Shown here piece after piece: positions 9,602 to 20,062 of a DNA stretch of 64,000 nt (positions are counted from its first letter, which is position 1; every line of letters begins with the position of its first letter). The DNA is taken from the IMG/VR virus record IMGVR_UViG_3300025154_000049, positions 32,001 through 96,000 of that record. One strand, given 5' to 3'. The notes below the pieces were generated by a model. It was given only the letters and a program-made list of their open reading frames with translations. It ran no database searches and was not told the origin of the DNA. The DNA is from a virus. Both the position numbers and the translations under genes were made by a program.

Positions 9602-11926
9602 TTATGCTAAAGGAGCTTCTACGTATTCGATAAGTACCGTAGCAGAACCTATAACAGGAGAACCAGCTACTACGACTCTAGCAACACCTACGTTAGTTGC
9701 ACCTACTGTCAAGAAAGGTCTTGATTCGTATGCGTTAGCTGTTTCAGCATCATTATCTCCAGTAGCTTGAATTTCTAAGTCGGTAGCACCGTCTACGATA
9801 ACTTGAAGAGTAGCACCTGCTGAATAAACTGAGTTTATTCTAGTTGTTACTGATTTAACAATAGCATTTTCAGGGATTGATGTAGTGGAACTTACGCTCG
9901 AAGTACCAACTGTTATCGCTATGTGTTTTGCTAAACCGTTAGATGTAGCGATACCAGAAAGTAAGTTAGCTTTTGTTATTTTCTTGTTAGTGCCAGAATC
10001 GTTAATTAACAATTCATCACTGTCGTCTGCTGATGTTGCAGCCGTTAGACTAGCGATGTCTACATAACTACCAGAAACTTTACTATCTTTAAGTAAAACA
10101 CCGTCTATGCTAACACCATTAGCAGGTGTTAATTCAGAGATAGTGTCCACTTTAACAGCTCCAGAGAAGGATTTGTCTCCTGTTACTGTTTCAGTACCAG
10201 CTAAATGGACAACTGCTGAATCTGTAGCTAATGTTGAAACGTCTTTACCATCGACTAAACCATCTTTAATAAGAACTGTTTCAATGGTAACACCAGCATC
10301 AAGAGTAGATTCTACGATATCATCAGTTTTTATACCACCCGAGAAATCTTTTTGACCTGTAACAACTTCAGCACCTGATAAATGGACAACTGCTGAATCT
10401 GTAGCTAATGTTGAAACATCCATACCATCGACTAAACCGTCTTTGATAAGAACTCCATCAACAGTAACACCAGCGTTAAGGGTAGATTCTAAGATATTAT
10501 CTGTTTTAAGGTCATCTTGGAAATCTTTTTGACCAGTTATTGCTTCAGCACCAGCTAAGTGGACAACTGCGGAATCGACTGCCAAGCCAGCAACCAAGTT
10601 TGATTTTTGCATTTTTCTATAAGCTGTAGCAGAAGCATCGTATATAGGTAAGAAATCTCCATCTGCTATGCTTGTTTCTTCTGTTAATGTATTAAAGTTA
10701 TCGTCAGCAGGTCTTCCAGTTAAATCAGTATAAGCTTTTGTAGCTAAATCTGCTAAGGAAGAACCTGTTTTGTCTATTTTAGACCATGCTATAGCTGCTG
10801 TAGCAGAAACCTCGTTGTTTGTGATTCCGCCAGCTTTAACTCTTAATATATCTGTATTTATTTCAATGGTAGAATCGTCGACTTTAACTTCTAAAGAACC
10901 GTCGACATTTTGACCTAAACCAGAACCCGCCACATCAGCGTTAATTTTATCTTTATCTACTGAATCGTTTGCTAATTTTGCTGTAGATATTCCTAAGTCT
11001 TTAACTCTTAACGTATCTGTATTAATTTCTATAGTAGTAGCATCTACGTTTACACTTAGGGTATTACCTGTTTTTGAAAGTCCATCACCAGCCAGAACTT
11101 GACCAGCACCAGAGAATTGAGCAAATGCTAACGCTGTTGTATCAACTGTGATAGGATTATCTGTAGTTAATACAAAACCTGCATCGGCTAAGGTACTACC
11201 TGCTTCTACGAAGAAGAATGAACCCGATACTACTTCGGATGCAGGGCTTCCATCAAAATCTGTAGCTCTTGTTAATACGAATGGATTGGATACATCACCG
11301 ACAGCAGTTACAACATAAATACCGTTATCTACTCCTGCTACTTGGTTTTTAACTAATATTCTATCACCTGCCACAACAGCAATACCATCTATAGATAAAG
11401 CACCATTAGCATCTGCTGTTAAAGTCTTACCAACTTGAGAACCAGAAGGTGTACAAGCAGGTAACACGTCCACACTAGCTAGTCTAACAGGAGCATGTAC
11501 TGTTAAACCCTGAGCTACTGAGTCTACGTATGCTTTTGTGGCTGCATCTTGAGCTACTGTAGGGTCTGCCACACTTGTTAATTTAAAACCACCCATTGAT
11601 TGAGCTGCCGTAAATGCAACCGTACCATCTTTTTTAATAACTGTGGAGTCAACTGCTAATGTTGAAACATCCATACCATCTACTAAACCATCTTTAATAA
11701 GAACTGTTTCAATGGTAACACCAGCATCGGTTGTTTTTTCTGTGATAGTATCTGTTAAAACTGAAGTATTGGCTGTTAAACTGTCTACTGTAAGATTTTT
11801 TAAAGCCGAACCATCAAAACTTCTAACTTCAAAACCGTTGGTTACTTTTCTAAGCATAATGCCTTTAGGACCACCGATTAAGAAATCAGTTTTCATAGTA
11901 CCTAATAACACTGAAAATAATGACAT
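9602..11926 (-). CDS. Virion fibre/structural protein with internal repeats
   Basis: DAATKAYVD, GDRILVKNQ..NGIY, repeated GVTIETVLIKDGLVDG and AVVHLAG.E.ITG.KDF units; late motif at 11995-12005. Confidence 0.75.
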   Translation of the reverse strand: MSLFSVLLGTMKTDFLIGGPKGIMLRKVTNGFEVRSFDGSALKNLTVDSLTANTSVLTDTITEKTTDAGVTIETVLIKDGLVDGMDVSTLAVDSTVIKKDGTVAFTAAQSMGGFKLTSVADPTVAQDAATKAYVDSVAQGLTVHAPVRLASVDVLPACTPSGSQVGKTLTADANGALSIDGIAVVAGDRILVKNQVAGVDNGIYVVTAVGDVSNPFVLTRATDFDGSPASEVVSGSFFFVEAGSTLADAGFVLTTDNPITVDTTALAFAQFSGAGQVLAGDGLSKTGNTLSVNVDATTIEINTDTLRVKDLGISTAKLANDSVDKDKINADVAGSGLGQNVDGSLEVKVDDSTIEINTDILRVKAGGITNNEVSATAAIAWSKIDKTGSSLADLATKAYTDLTGRPADDNFNTLTEETSIADGDFLPIYDASATAYRKMQKSNLVAGLAVDSAVVHLAGAEAITGQKDFQDDLKTDNILESTLNAGVTVDGVLIKDGLVDGMDVSTLATDSAVVHLSGAEVVTGQKDFSGGIKTDDIVESTLDAGVTIETVLIKDGLVDGKDVSTLATDSAVVHLAGTETVTGDKSFSGAVKVDTISELTPANGVSIDGVLLKDSKVSGSYVDIASLTAATSADDSDELLINDSGTNKKITKANLLSGIATSNGLAKHIAITVGTSSVSSTTSIPENAIVKSVTTRINSVYSAGATLQVIVDGATDLEIQATGDNDAETANAYESRPFLTVGATNVGVARVVVAGSPVIGSATVLIEYVEAPLA

Positions 11927-12019
11927 TCTAATTCTCCTACTCTTTTCTACTACGTATGTATAATTATATTAATTTTTGGCAACAAGCCTTCATATATAAT
12001 ATAAATTAAAAAATTTGTA

Positions 12020-12625
12020 CTAACTTGAAAATATTACAATCTTTCCAGAACCAGTTATAGGATTTCCTGTAAAGTATATTTTTACTGTAGTATCTGCTGG
12101 GTATACATATTCGCTTCCAACTATGTAGCTACTTGCATAGGTTACATCATTATCGGTAGAAGTCATTAATCTTGAATTGTCTCCAGCATCCCCAACTGTT
12201 ATACTTCCCACATCGAAAGGATTATCTATTATAAGTTTTATTTCTTCTATATTTAAATTAGCTTTTAATATCCCGATATCTAAGGAACCAGAGATAAAAT
12301 CAGAATATATGAAATCTAACTCTATTGAAGGGTTTCCTCCAGATAAAGCAACTTCAGCTTCGTCTACTATGTTATTTAAGTTAGCATCGTAAACGTCTTT
12401 AACCATGATACCGTCATGACCAAGTTGTTTACCGTCCAATATATCGTCCTGACTTACAACATACCCATCCAATAAAACTAAGTCTGGGAAAGGAGATATG
12501 GCTTCCCTTACCTGAGCTTCTGTAAATTGTAAAGGTACGTTTATAGTCGTATCTTCTGCTATCTTTAGATTTCCTAATAGGTACACATAAGCTGTATTTT
12601 TTAATGATTTATTTTTAATTCTCAT
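12020..12625 (-). CDS. Virion structural protein sharing a C-terminal beta domain with 9602 and 49878
   Basis: ITVGDAGD...IYFTGNPITGSGKIVI; late motif at 12647-12657. Confidence 0.6.
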   Translation of the reverse strand: MRIKNKSLKNTAYVYLLGNLKIAEDTTINVPLQFTEAQVREAISPFPDLVLLDGYVVSQDDILDGKQLGHDGIMVKDVYDANLNNIVDEAEVALSGGNPSIELDFIYSDFISGSLDIGILKANLNIEEIKLIIDNPFDVGSITVGDAGDNSRLMTSTDNDVTYASSYIVGSEYVYPADTTVKIYFTGNPITGSGKIVIFSS

Positions 12626-12744
12626 TATTTATTCCTCTCTACTATTTATAATATAAATGAAATAGAGTCAGTTCTCAAATATAATATAAACCCAATCCTT
12701 TTGGGATTGGGTAGAAATAAATACGTATTTATGGCTGACAATTT

Positions 12745-13107
12745 TTAGTCTTTATATAATTTCATAGTAGTAAGTTGGGGTAATTTTGTACCTTGAGTTT
12801 GTTCTAATAAACCTTCTTTTAGGGTATATATTTTTTCAACAGATTCAAAATTATTTATATAATAGGGTTCTGGAAACAGAGCTCCCATAACTATCAGAAG
12901 TTCTTTATACATATCTTTATATAAAGACTTAGCTTCTTCTGAGGTATCTAAAATCATAGCATATATAGAAAATATTGGAAGTATTCCCACCTCTCCTGTT
13001 AAATCTTCGGAGTCCACCACTCTTTCAAAATTAAGATAGGCATTTATAGCTACTTTTTTATCTTCAGTAGATATTAATATAGTATTTTTAACTACGTTTA
13101 CTATCAT
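12745..13107 (-). CDS. Hypothetical protein
   Basis: 120 aa ORF in an operon. Confidence 0.6.
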   Translation of the reverse strand: MIVNVVKNTILISTEDKKVAINAYLNFERVVDSEDLTGEVGILPIFSIYAMILDTSEEAKSLYKDMYKELLIVMGALFPEPYYINNFESVEKIYTLKEGLLEQTQGTKLPQLTTMKLYKD

Positions 13108-13549
13108 TTTTAATTCTCCATGATAAACTATTATCTATGTCGGGTAATATCTTTTTATTATTTAATTTTATAGATGCTATATAGGATTCACATATAGTTC
13201 CATCGTTTAATTTTATCTCCGTCCTATTGCAAATATGGTGTATTTTATCTAGGTATAATAATATCTCTGAATTGACTTCATAGAGTTCTCCTTTTATGGG
13301 ATAGTCAGAAGGTTCTAAATCTGACATTATAGGGTAATCTCCCAAATCATACATGGTATAATTAGACTCAGTAATTCTTTCACCGAAGAAAAAACAATCG
13401 GGATTATTAAATATATCCGACCTACTAAACTCCGATTTAAGAAAATTATATATAAATATCTTAAATTTCTTATCTTTATTATTTTCTATGAATAATAAAT
13501 CTTGGATATTAAGATTGTTCATTTTATAGAAAAAACCTCGAATATTCAT
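13088..13549 (-). CDS. Gamma-glutamylcyclotransferase (AIG2)-like protein, degenerate
   Basis: IFIYNFLK, MYDLGDYP, IKGELYEV, LDKI; canonical YGTL and LDxxEG motifs altered. Confidence 0.6.
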   Translation of the reverse strand: MNIRGFFYKMNNLNIQDLLFIENNKDKKFKIFIYNFLKSEFSRSDIFNNPDCFFFGERITESNYTMYDLGDYPIMSDLEPSDYPIKGELYEVNSEILLYLDKIHHICNRTEIKLNDGTICESYIASIKLNNKKILPDIDNSLSWRIKNDSKRS

Positions 13550-13829
13550 TTAAGTGCATTATAGTTTCTGATAAACTATCTTCAGATAATCCGTCATAAT
13601 GTTCTCTGTCTTTATCTGTATATGAAAAGAAATCTTCATCTACATTATCTAAAGCATACTGAACATCTTCTAAGCTTATAATACGTTCAGAAACTTTTTC
13701 TTCCTTCTTATTATAGAATAGAGTTTCTCCCGTATAGGAATTACGTACTACTCCGTGTTCATATAGGCTTATTTCAGGAGAGGTATTTTCCACACAATCA
13801 TCATAGTTGTAGAGTTGTTCATTAATCAT
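13524..13829 (-). CDS. Hypothetical protein
   Basis: 101 aa acidic ORF. Confidence 0.6.
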   Translation of the reverse strand: MINEQLYNYDDCVENTSPEISLYEHGVVRNSYTGETLFYNKKEEKVSERIISLEDVQYALDNVDEDFFSYTDKDREHYDGLSEDSLSETIMHLNEYSRFFL

Positions 13830-14097
13830 TTTTTGGTTCTTCCTTCTTTTTGCTCTTTTTACTTTCTTTTTTTATTCTAATTTCTTCTGAAACAATGCCC
13901 TTTTTTAATTCTTGTAATTTTCTAATAACTAAGGATATGGCACCTGAATCAAAAAATATAATATCTACTCCTTCTTCAGTTATTTTATCTTCTATCCTTA
14001 AAGTATTATTAACTTTAGTTCTACAAATACCCAAGGATACTTGTAGTTCATGAAGACCAAATAAAACTTGACTATTCTTTTCTGCTCTTTTAATCAT
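13822..14097 (-). CDS. Hypothetical protein
   Basis: 91 aa ORF. Confidence 0.55.
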   Translation of the reverse strand: MIKRAEKNSQVLFGLHELQVSLGICRTKVNNTLRIEDKITEEGVDIIFFDSGAISLVIRKLQELKKGIVSEEIRIKKESKKSKKKEEPKND

Positions 14098-14100
14098 TTT

Positions 14101-15153
14101 TTAAACTCCCATTTCTACATTACTTATTCTTGTTTGTTTATTATCTTTATATATACTATGTTCTTTTATCTTTCCTTTTATAGGATAAAAACTACCTGCT
14201 GTTAAATCTAAAAACGTATTAGACATGTATGTTAAATCATTACCTTCATGTTGAAATTTATAAATGTTACATAACCCAAATCTTGTTTCTGTTTGTATTC
14301 TAGTTAAGAATTTTACGGTACCTTGAAAGTCTTTACCTACCTCCCCCACAAAACTTTGATTATTTCTATCCAAGAAATCTCTAACACTTTTATAAAGAAA
14401 GGATACTGTATTTATATCTTGGTATGACACAAATTTTTTATCGGATAATAATTTTATACTGGCTAAAAACTCGGATACCCTTCCAGACATTATATTTGTA
14501 TTGTACAAATTAATATAATTTTTAGCTTCTTCAATATATTCCTCACGAGGGATATCATTTTTCATTAATTTATTCCATGCTATTATAGGAGTATTATTAG
14601 AAGTATCTTCTTTATTATATGTCCATCCCCCAAAAGCACTTTCTTCTTCACATACCTGTATAACACTGGCTAAAAATATTTCTATAGGAAAATAGTTAGC
14701 TATACTACTTGTTCTATCTTGTAAACTATTTATCATTTTATTATCTAAGATATCTACTTTAATAGTCTTCAAACAGTCTTTACAGTATAAAGCAGTAGTA
14801 CATTTTTTCCTAGATACTTCGTTCACTAAAAGGTACGATTTTTTAATTTCTTTCAAACCACAACACATTTTTATTTCATTTACGTCTAATATATTAGATA
14901 TCTTACCACCAGTCAAATCGTAGTCTATCTTAAAATTTTTCAAATTTTCAAATTTGGATAGTTTTGCTAAAATAACTAAATCTTTTTCTTTATTAGGAAT
15001 AAATATTGGTTTATTTTGTAGCATTACCTCGTATATTTTTCTGTACCTTTCACTATTGCAATCCTTTTCATAATAGCTGTTTAATATATTATAAGATATA
15101 TTGGATTCTTGCAATTCTATTAATTTATTTTTTGTTACAGCTATTTGAATCAT
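14101..15153 (-). CDS. Hypothetical protein with C-terminal OB-fold-like domain
   Basis: FVGEVGK...TRFG...YKF...GKIKEHSIYKDNKQTRI. Confidence 0.55.
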   Translation of the reverse strand: MIQIAVTKNKLIELQESNISYNILNSYYEKDCNSERYRKIYEVMLQNKPIFIPNKEKDLVILAKLSKFENLKNFKIDYDLTGGKISNILDVNEIKMCCGLKEIKKSYLLVNEVSRKKCTTALYCKDCLKTIKVDILDNKMINSLQDRTSSIANYFPIEIFLASVIQVCEEESAFGGWTYNKEDTSNNTPIIAWNKLMKNDIPREEYIEEAKNYINLYNTNIMSGRVSEFLASIKLLSDKKFVSYQDINTVSFLYKSVRDFLDRNNQSFVGEVGKDFQGTVKFLTRIQTETRFGLCNIYKFQHEGNDLTYMSNTFLDLTAGSFYPIKGKIKEHSIYKDNKQTRISNVEMGV

Positions 15154-15210
15154 ATCACACTCCGAAGTTAAAATAGGGAAGGTAGGTTAGTACCTTCCCA
15201 TATTTATAAT

Positions 15211-16371
15211 TTATCCTCTAGTTGCACCAAGAATGAACTTATATTTTTTACTGAAGTCTAAGAAAGTTTGAGTAGAAGCCATTATAGTTTGAATGTTAGC
15301 GTCTAATCTTAGGATATCTCTAGCCAACAATACTGCATATTCACCAACGAAACCGTCTTGTAGTGTATATCTAAATATATTTTCCAATTGTTGTTTATCT
15401 GCTTTCAGTGCTTTAGCTGTTAAGCTAGAACAAAGAGCAAACATTACATCAGGGGAATTAGGGATAGGGGCTTGTTTGAAATTACCTTCTAAAATGTATT
15501 CTGGATTAGGAAGTTTAGAATACAATTTAGTGTATTGATAAAAGTCAAAACTATTTCCTTCTCCTATTAATCCAGAGATTAAAGGCATAGCATCTTCTAC
15601 ACTTAAATAGTTAAGAACTTCGGATACTTTTTCCCAAGAACGAGGTGTGGGGAATGCGTTATCATCAGAATTAGCATCAAATTTATGTAACATAGAATTT
15701 TGATAGTTAAGATATCCTACTACTTTTTCAGAGATGCCATTAGGTAAAGCCCAAGCTTTCCAGTCATCAATTTCTACGGTTATTTTAAGATGGGCTAATC
15801 TATTAGCTAATGCTTTAGGCATTTTATAAGCTACAGACTTATCGGTTACTTCGTTACCAGCACACATAACTAAACAGTTATCAGGTAATTTGTGCTCTCC
15901 TATCTGTCTATCTAAAGTTATCTGATAAGCTGCTGCTTGTACAGTGGGAGGTGCTGCTGATATTTCATCCAAGATTAAAAAGTTCATGTATTCGTTAGAA
16001 GGATTCATGTTGAATAATTGAGGTCTTAACCATTTAGCCACAGTTGGTTTTAATTTATCAATATTTTCTTGAGATGGATTATCTAGTATGTCTTGGTCAT
16101 CCACAGATGGAACAGGGATACCTCTTAAATCCACTGGATTAAATAATAATAATCTTACATCACTCGTATGAGTTTTTTTACTAAATTTTTTACCCAGTTT
16201 TTCAACTACTTGACCCATAGCTTGAGATTTACCTATACCAGGGCTTCCCCACAACATGATAGGTTGTACTTTTTTAAATGAGCCTGTTTTTGTGTAAACA
16301 TTTCCTGCATAATTAACCATAAGATTAATTAATTCATTCACTTTGAGTTTTTGTCCTAAGTTTTCAGCCAT
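15211..16371 (-). CDS. MoxR-family AAA+ ATPase
   Basis: GSPGIGKS (Walker A), DLRGIP, FLILDEI (Walker B), AGN, ALANR, PTPRSW. Confidence 0.9.
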   Translation of the reverse strand: MAENLGQKLKVNELINLMVNYAGNVYTKTGSFKKVQPIMLWGSPGIGKSQAMGQVVEKLGKKFSKKTHTSDVRLLLFNPVDLRGIPVPSVDDQDILDNPSQENIDKLKPTVAKWLRPQLFNMNPSNEYMNFLILDEISAAPPTVQAAAYQITLDRQIGEHKLPDNCLVMCAGNEVTDKSVAYKMPKALANRLAHLKITVEIDDWKAWALPNGISEKVVGYLNYQNSMLHKFDANSDDNAFPTPRSWEKVSEVLNYLSVEDAMPLISGLIGEGNSFDFYQYTKLYSKLPNPEYILEGNFKQAPIPNSPDVMFALCSSLTAKALKADKQQLENIFRYTLQDGFVGEYAVLLARDILRLDANIQTIMASTQTFLDFSKKYKFILGATRG

Positions 16372-16490
16372 AAATAAAGTTCTCCTTTTTAAATAAATTT
16401 TCTACTTGAATTCTTTTCATATTATTATACTAACAATATAATTTAATTAAGTCAATACTTTTTCTTTTTATGTTAAGTTATTTGTTACAA

Positions 16491-17903
16491 TTATTTCTTA
16501 CCATCGTTTAGATATACAGAACGTCCAAAGGGAGCTTCTTGTATATGATTTTGAGTGAATATCCAAAGGGTAGGGATGCCCTCTGCGAGTTCCTCACATT
16601 CGTCATAGTAACATTCACCGTCTGTCAATAGAACTATACCAGCTATGTCTTCAGTTCTAAAATCATCCCTTTTATGGATAGCTTCAAAACATACCCTGAA
16701 GCATGTTCCTCCGCCAGACCTAGGTTTATTTTGAAGGACATCTTGAACATCCTCGAACTTCTGTAAACTATGTACTGCTGTATCAAAATATCCCAACCAA
16801 CCTGTCATAGATGCAAATTGTTGAATAGCTCCTACAACCTCAGAATATACGTCTTCTATTTCTTTATCACTCATAGAACCTGAGATATCTATAAAGAATA
16901 ATATATTTTTTACTTCATTCTCGGTATCATTAAAATCAGGAAGCATACAATCAGTTATAGAATACAATCTTTTATCTGGAGGATTAAATGAATAATCATT
17001 TACAATGGGGCTTACAAATTCATTTAATAATTGTCTCCAATCCTTTTTAGGGGGTTTTAATTTAATTAAAAGTTCTTGTAAGAAAGCTGGAAGGTTACCA
17101 CAGGATTTATCTTGATGTTGTTTAGCTGCACTAATCATAAGTTGTTCCCATTCTTGTTGAGACATTTTAACTTCTTCCATACCTTCACCAGAAATACATT
17201 GTTGTCCTTGTCCTTTATTTTTGTCTTTTCCGTCTTTACTATCTTTATCGTCTCCCTGACCTTTATCTTTATCCCACATACCGTGGTCATCGAGAAGTTT
17301 TTCTGTTAATTTTTCCAGTTTTGATTTACCGTTCCCATCTTGGTCTTGTTGGTCATTCTGATTTTGCTGATTTTGTGAGGACTTCCCACTTTTACTACTC
17401 TGTCCTCGTCCCTGTCCTTGTCCACAAGAGGAAGAAGAGGATTGTTGACTAATAAATTGTTTTAATAATATATCATAAATTTCTTCCGCTGACATTTTAG
17501 CATATTTAGGGTCGTACAATCCTTCATTTTTACCAGAAGGCATACGAAAATCACTATTCTCGAATTGTTTTAAAATATCATGTATTGCATAATCACAAGC
17601 TAAGTTAAAAACCGTAGCATTTCTTGAATCTCTTCTACGAATATGTCCATTAGATACGTGCATAATTTCATGAGCTATCAACCATTTTAATTCGGGTAGT
17701 GAAAGCTGTTCTAAAAATTCTGGATTAAATATAATTTTGGAGCCATCCGTACCTGCTGTGGGAATTTCTTCATCGACTAGGTATTTAAATTTTAATGCAA
17801 GTATCCCAAAGAAAGGAAATTCTTTGATAAGTTTCCATTTACATAAAGTTATTTTTTCTTTTAATTTTTCGATATCTACTTTTGATTTAGTCATAGATGT
17901 CAT
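16491..17903 (-). CDS. DUF2201-type metallopeptidase (HExxH) plus vWA domain protein
   Basis: TAGTDG, AHEIMH, NLACDYAI, Q/S/G-rich linker, IDISGSMS MIDAS, GGGT, LLTDG. Confidence 0.88.
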   Translation of the reverse strand: MTSMTKSKVDIEKLKEKITLCKWKLIKEFPFFGILALKFKYLVDEEIPTAGTDGSKIIFNPEFLEQLSLPELKWLIAHEIMHVSNGHIRRRDSRNATVFNLACDYAIHDILKQFENSDFRMPSGKNEGLYDPKYAKMSAEEIYDILLKQFISQQSSSSSCGQGQGRGQSSKSGKSSQNQQNQNDQQDQDGNGKSKLEKLTEKLLDDHGMWDKDKGQGDDKDSKDGKDKNKGQGQQCISGEGMEEVKMSQQEWEQLMISAAKQHQDKSCGNLPAFLQELLIKLKPPKKDWRQLLNEFVSPIVNDYSFNPPDKRLYSITDCMLPDFNDTENEVKNILFFIDISGSMSDKEIEDVYSEVVGAIQQFASMTGWLGYFDTAVHSLQKFEDVQDVLQNKPRSGGGTCFRVCFEAIHKRDDFRTEDIAGIVLLTDGECYYDECEELAEGIPTLWIFTQNHIQEAPFGRSVYLNDGKK

Positions 17904-17993
17904 TCTTAGCTCCTTGATTAAGTGTTATTCGTATGATTATTAATTTTATTATTAACCCAATTTTATTAAATGTCAACCCTTTATTAAGAAATA

Positions 17994-18350
17994 TTAAATA
18001 TTATCTGTAAGTTCTAGCATCATTTTTATACGGTCTATTATATCTTTATCTATAGTAGGTAATTGATGTATGAATAAATAATATTCATATTTGTCTACTT
18101 TTTTAACGTCTACCTCATATATCTTAAATATTCTAACTATTTCTTCTATAGTTAATATTTGATGAGTAAGAATTTGTTCTAAGTTAAAATATCCACTAAA
18201 AGTTTCTATCAAATCTAAAGGAAGTTTATAATTTTCCACTAAAGATTTAAAATTTACTTTATACTGTAGACAAGCTAATAAATCCCCATCTAAAATTTTA
18301 TAATTATTCATGAATATATCGTTATATTCATTATTAAGAAAACCACTCAA
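17994..18350 (-). CDS. Helical-repeat hypothetical protein, C-terminal xEL tag
   Basis: Ends KMMLELTDNI; HQILTIEEI repeat. Confidence 0.65.
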   Translation of the reverse strand: MSGFLNNEYNDIFMNNYKILDGDLLACLQYKVNFKSLVENYKLPLDLIETFSGYFNLEQILTHQILTIEEIVRIFKIYEVDVKKVDKYEYYLFIHQLPTIDKDIIDRIKMMLELTDNI

Positions 18351-18427
18351 TACAAATTCCTTTAAATAATCTAATATTTAAAGAATAGCATAGTAGTTTA
18401 TATAATGCAAGCTCTTGTAAAGATATA

Positions 18428-18817
18428 TTAAGATATTAATTCATAGAAGGTTTGGAGTCTTAATTTAGCATTTAGAGTTAATTTCTGAGTTTGTACTATT
18501 ACAGGTATATATTCTCTTAATAGTACCATATTATCTATTAAAAATTTTTGAGGATAATTATTTCTACATAGAACAGAGGATACATTTAATTTATGTTTGA
18601 AATTTATTAAAATATCTTCAGTTATTATTCCAGTTAGAGAATAAGCTTCCCAGTGCATCTGATATTCAAACTCTTTTAGGAATGCCACTGTCAATTTATG
18701 GGTAGAACTTATACTTATGTTAAAAAAAGAAACATTAGCACTAAGAGCTTTTCTTTCTCTCTTGTTAAGTTTCTTCCAGTTCTTTATAAAATATTCTTCT
18801 TTAGGATTCTTATACAT
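18428..18817 (-). CDS. Helical-repeat hypothetical protein, C-terminal xEL tag
   Basis: Ends QTFYELIS; THKLTVAFLKEF and TQKLT repeats. Confidence 0.65.
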   Translation of the reverse strand: MYKNPKEEYFIKNWKKLNKRERKALSANVSFFNISISSTHKLTVAFLKEFEYQMHWEAYSLTGIITEDILINFKHKLNVSSVLCRNNYPQKFLIDNMVLLREYIPVIVQTQKLTLNAKLRLQTFYELIS

Positions 18818-19087
18818 TTTTCTTACTTAGTATTTTTAATGATAATTCCCCACATCTAAGACATTCTGAAAAGCATACTAAGTCAAATCCTTTCTCGTTT
18901 TCTATCTTACGAGCATGTATAATTATTTTTCTATGCTCCTCGCAATAATTTTTTCCCATAAAACCCCCATAGATTATTATAACATATTTTAAAAAATTAC
19001 GCAATACCCTATTGACAAAACATTTACAAAATGTTATAATGTATATGTAAAGTGGTAAATTTATAATCGTAACTTGGGAGGAATAGG

Positions 19088-20002
19088 ATGTCAGAGGACA
19101 AAAGACAAGAAGTTATTTTAAGGGATGAGCGTGGTAATAATATTATAGAAGTAAATCCAGACAATATTGCGAAAAATCTTGTGGCAATGACTAACAGGGC
19201 AGATATAATGACCCCAGAGGATAAGAAGTTCTTTATAGAGAACACTGAGCGTTGGAGCATGGTACAACAGAATTGTCATATATGGAGAACTAATACAGAA
19301 AAACGTAGTATTTTATCTGAGTTGCCAACTACTCATCTTAAATTTCACCAAGCTATACTAGAAAATAAAGTATTTGTTGATGAAACTGTAAGATTAGCTA
19401 AAGATGCAGAAATTCAAAAGTTAGATGCAGAAGAGTTATATGTAGATATAGAGAATCTAAAAGAAGAAATAGCAGATTTAACAGAACAAAGAAGTGAATA
19501 TGAAGAAGATAGTAGTGAATATAAACAATTTTCTTATAGAATAAGAAAAAAAGATATAGAAATAAGAAAAAAGACAGTAGAATTACAAGAAAAAGCTTAT
19601 CAAATACAACAATCTGCTATTGCCATGGGGTACAGAATGGCTGAAAATCGTGCGTGGAAACAATTTGAAGATGAAATGATAGATGAAATGAGAGCAGACG
19701 GTCTTTCAGACGAAGAAATATGGGATAAAAATTCCGCTCAACTCCTTGGGTATTTCTATTTATTCTTAACTAAGTTTAATGCTGTTAAAAGTTCTACGGA
19801 TAGTGGAGAAGTTCACAATTTAACTTACTTAGCAAGATTCGCTGTAGATGAAATAATAAAGATAGGTAGCTTTGAGGATGCAGTTATTAGATGTGATAGG
19901 ACTCAGATTCAATCTTTGGTAGAATTAGGTTATATAGGAGTTAAAGAAGAGAATGGTAAATTATCAATAATGATACCTGAGCAATATAAAAAGAAAATAT
20001 AA
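19088..20002 (+). CDS. Coiled-coil phage protein
   Basis: 304 aa; sigma70 promoter TTGACA-N17-TATAAT at 19012-19040. Confidence 0.75.
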   Translation: MSEDKRQEVILRDERGNNIIEVNPDNIAKNLVAMTNRADIMTPEDKKFFIENTERWSMVQQNCHIWRTNTEKRSILSELPTTHLKFHQAILENKVFVDETVRLAKDAEIQKLDAEELYVDIENLKEEIADLTEQRSEYEEDSSEYKQFSYRIRKKDIEIRKKTVELQEKAYQIQQSAIAMGYRMAENRAWKQFEDEMIDEMRADGLSDEEIWDKNSAQLLGYFYLFLTKFNAVKSSTDSGEVHNLTYLARFAVDEIIKIGSFEDAVIRCDRTQIQSLVELGYIGVKEENGKLSIMIPEQYKKKI

Positions 20003-20062
20003 TTTTTAGTCTATTGACAAATTTTTAATCTCCTTGTATACTATGTATAAGGAGATTTTTTA

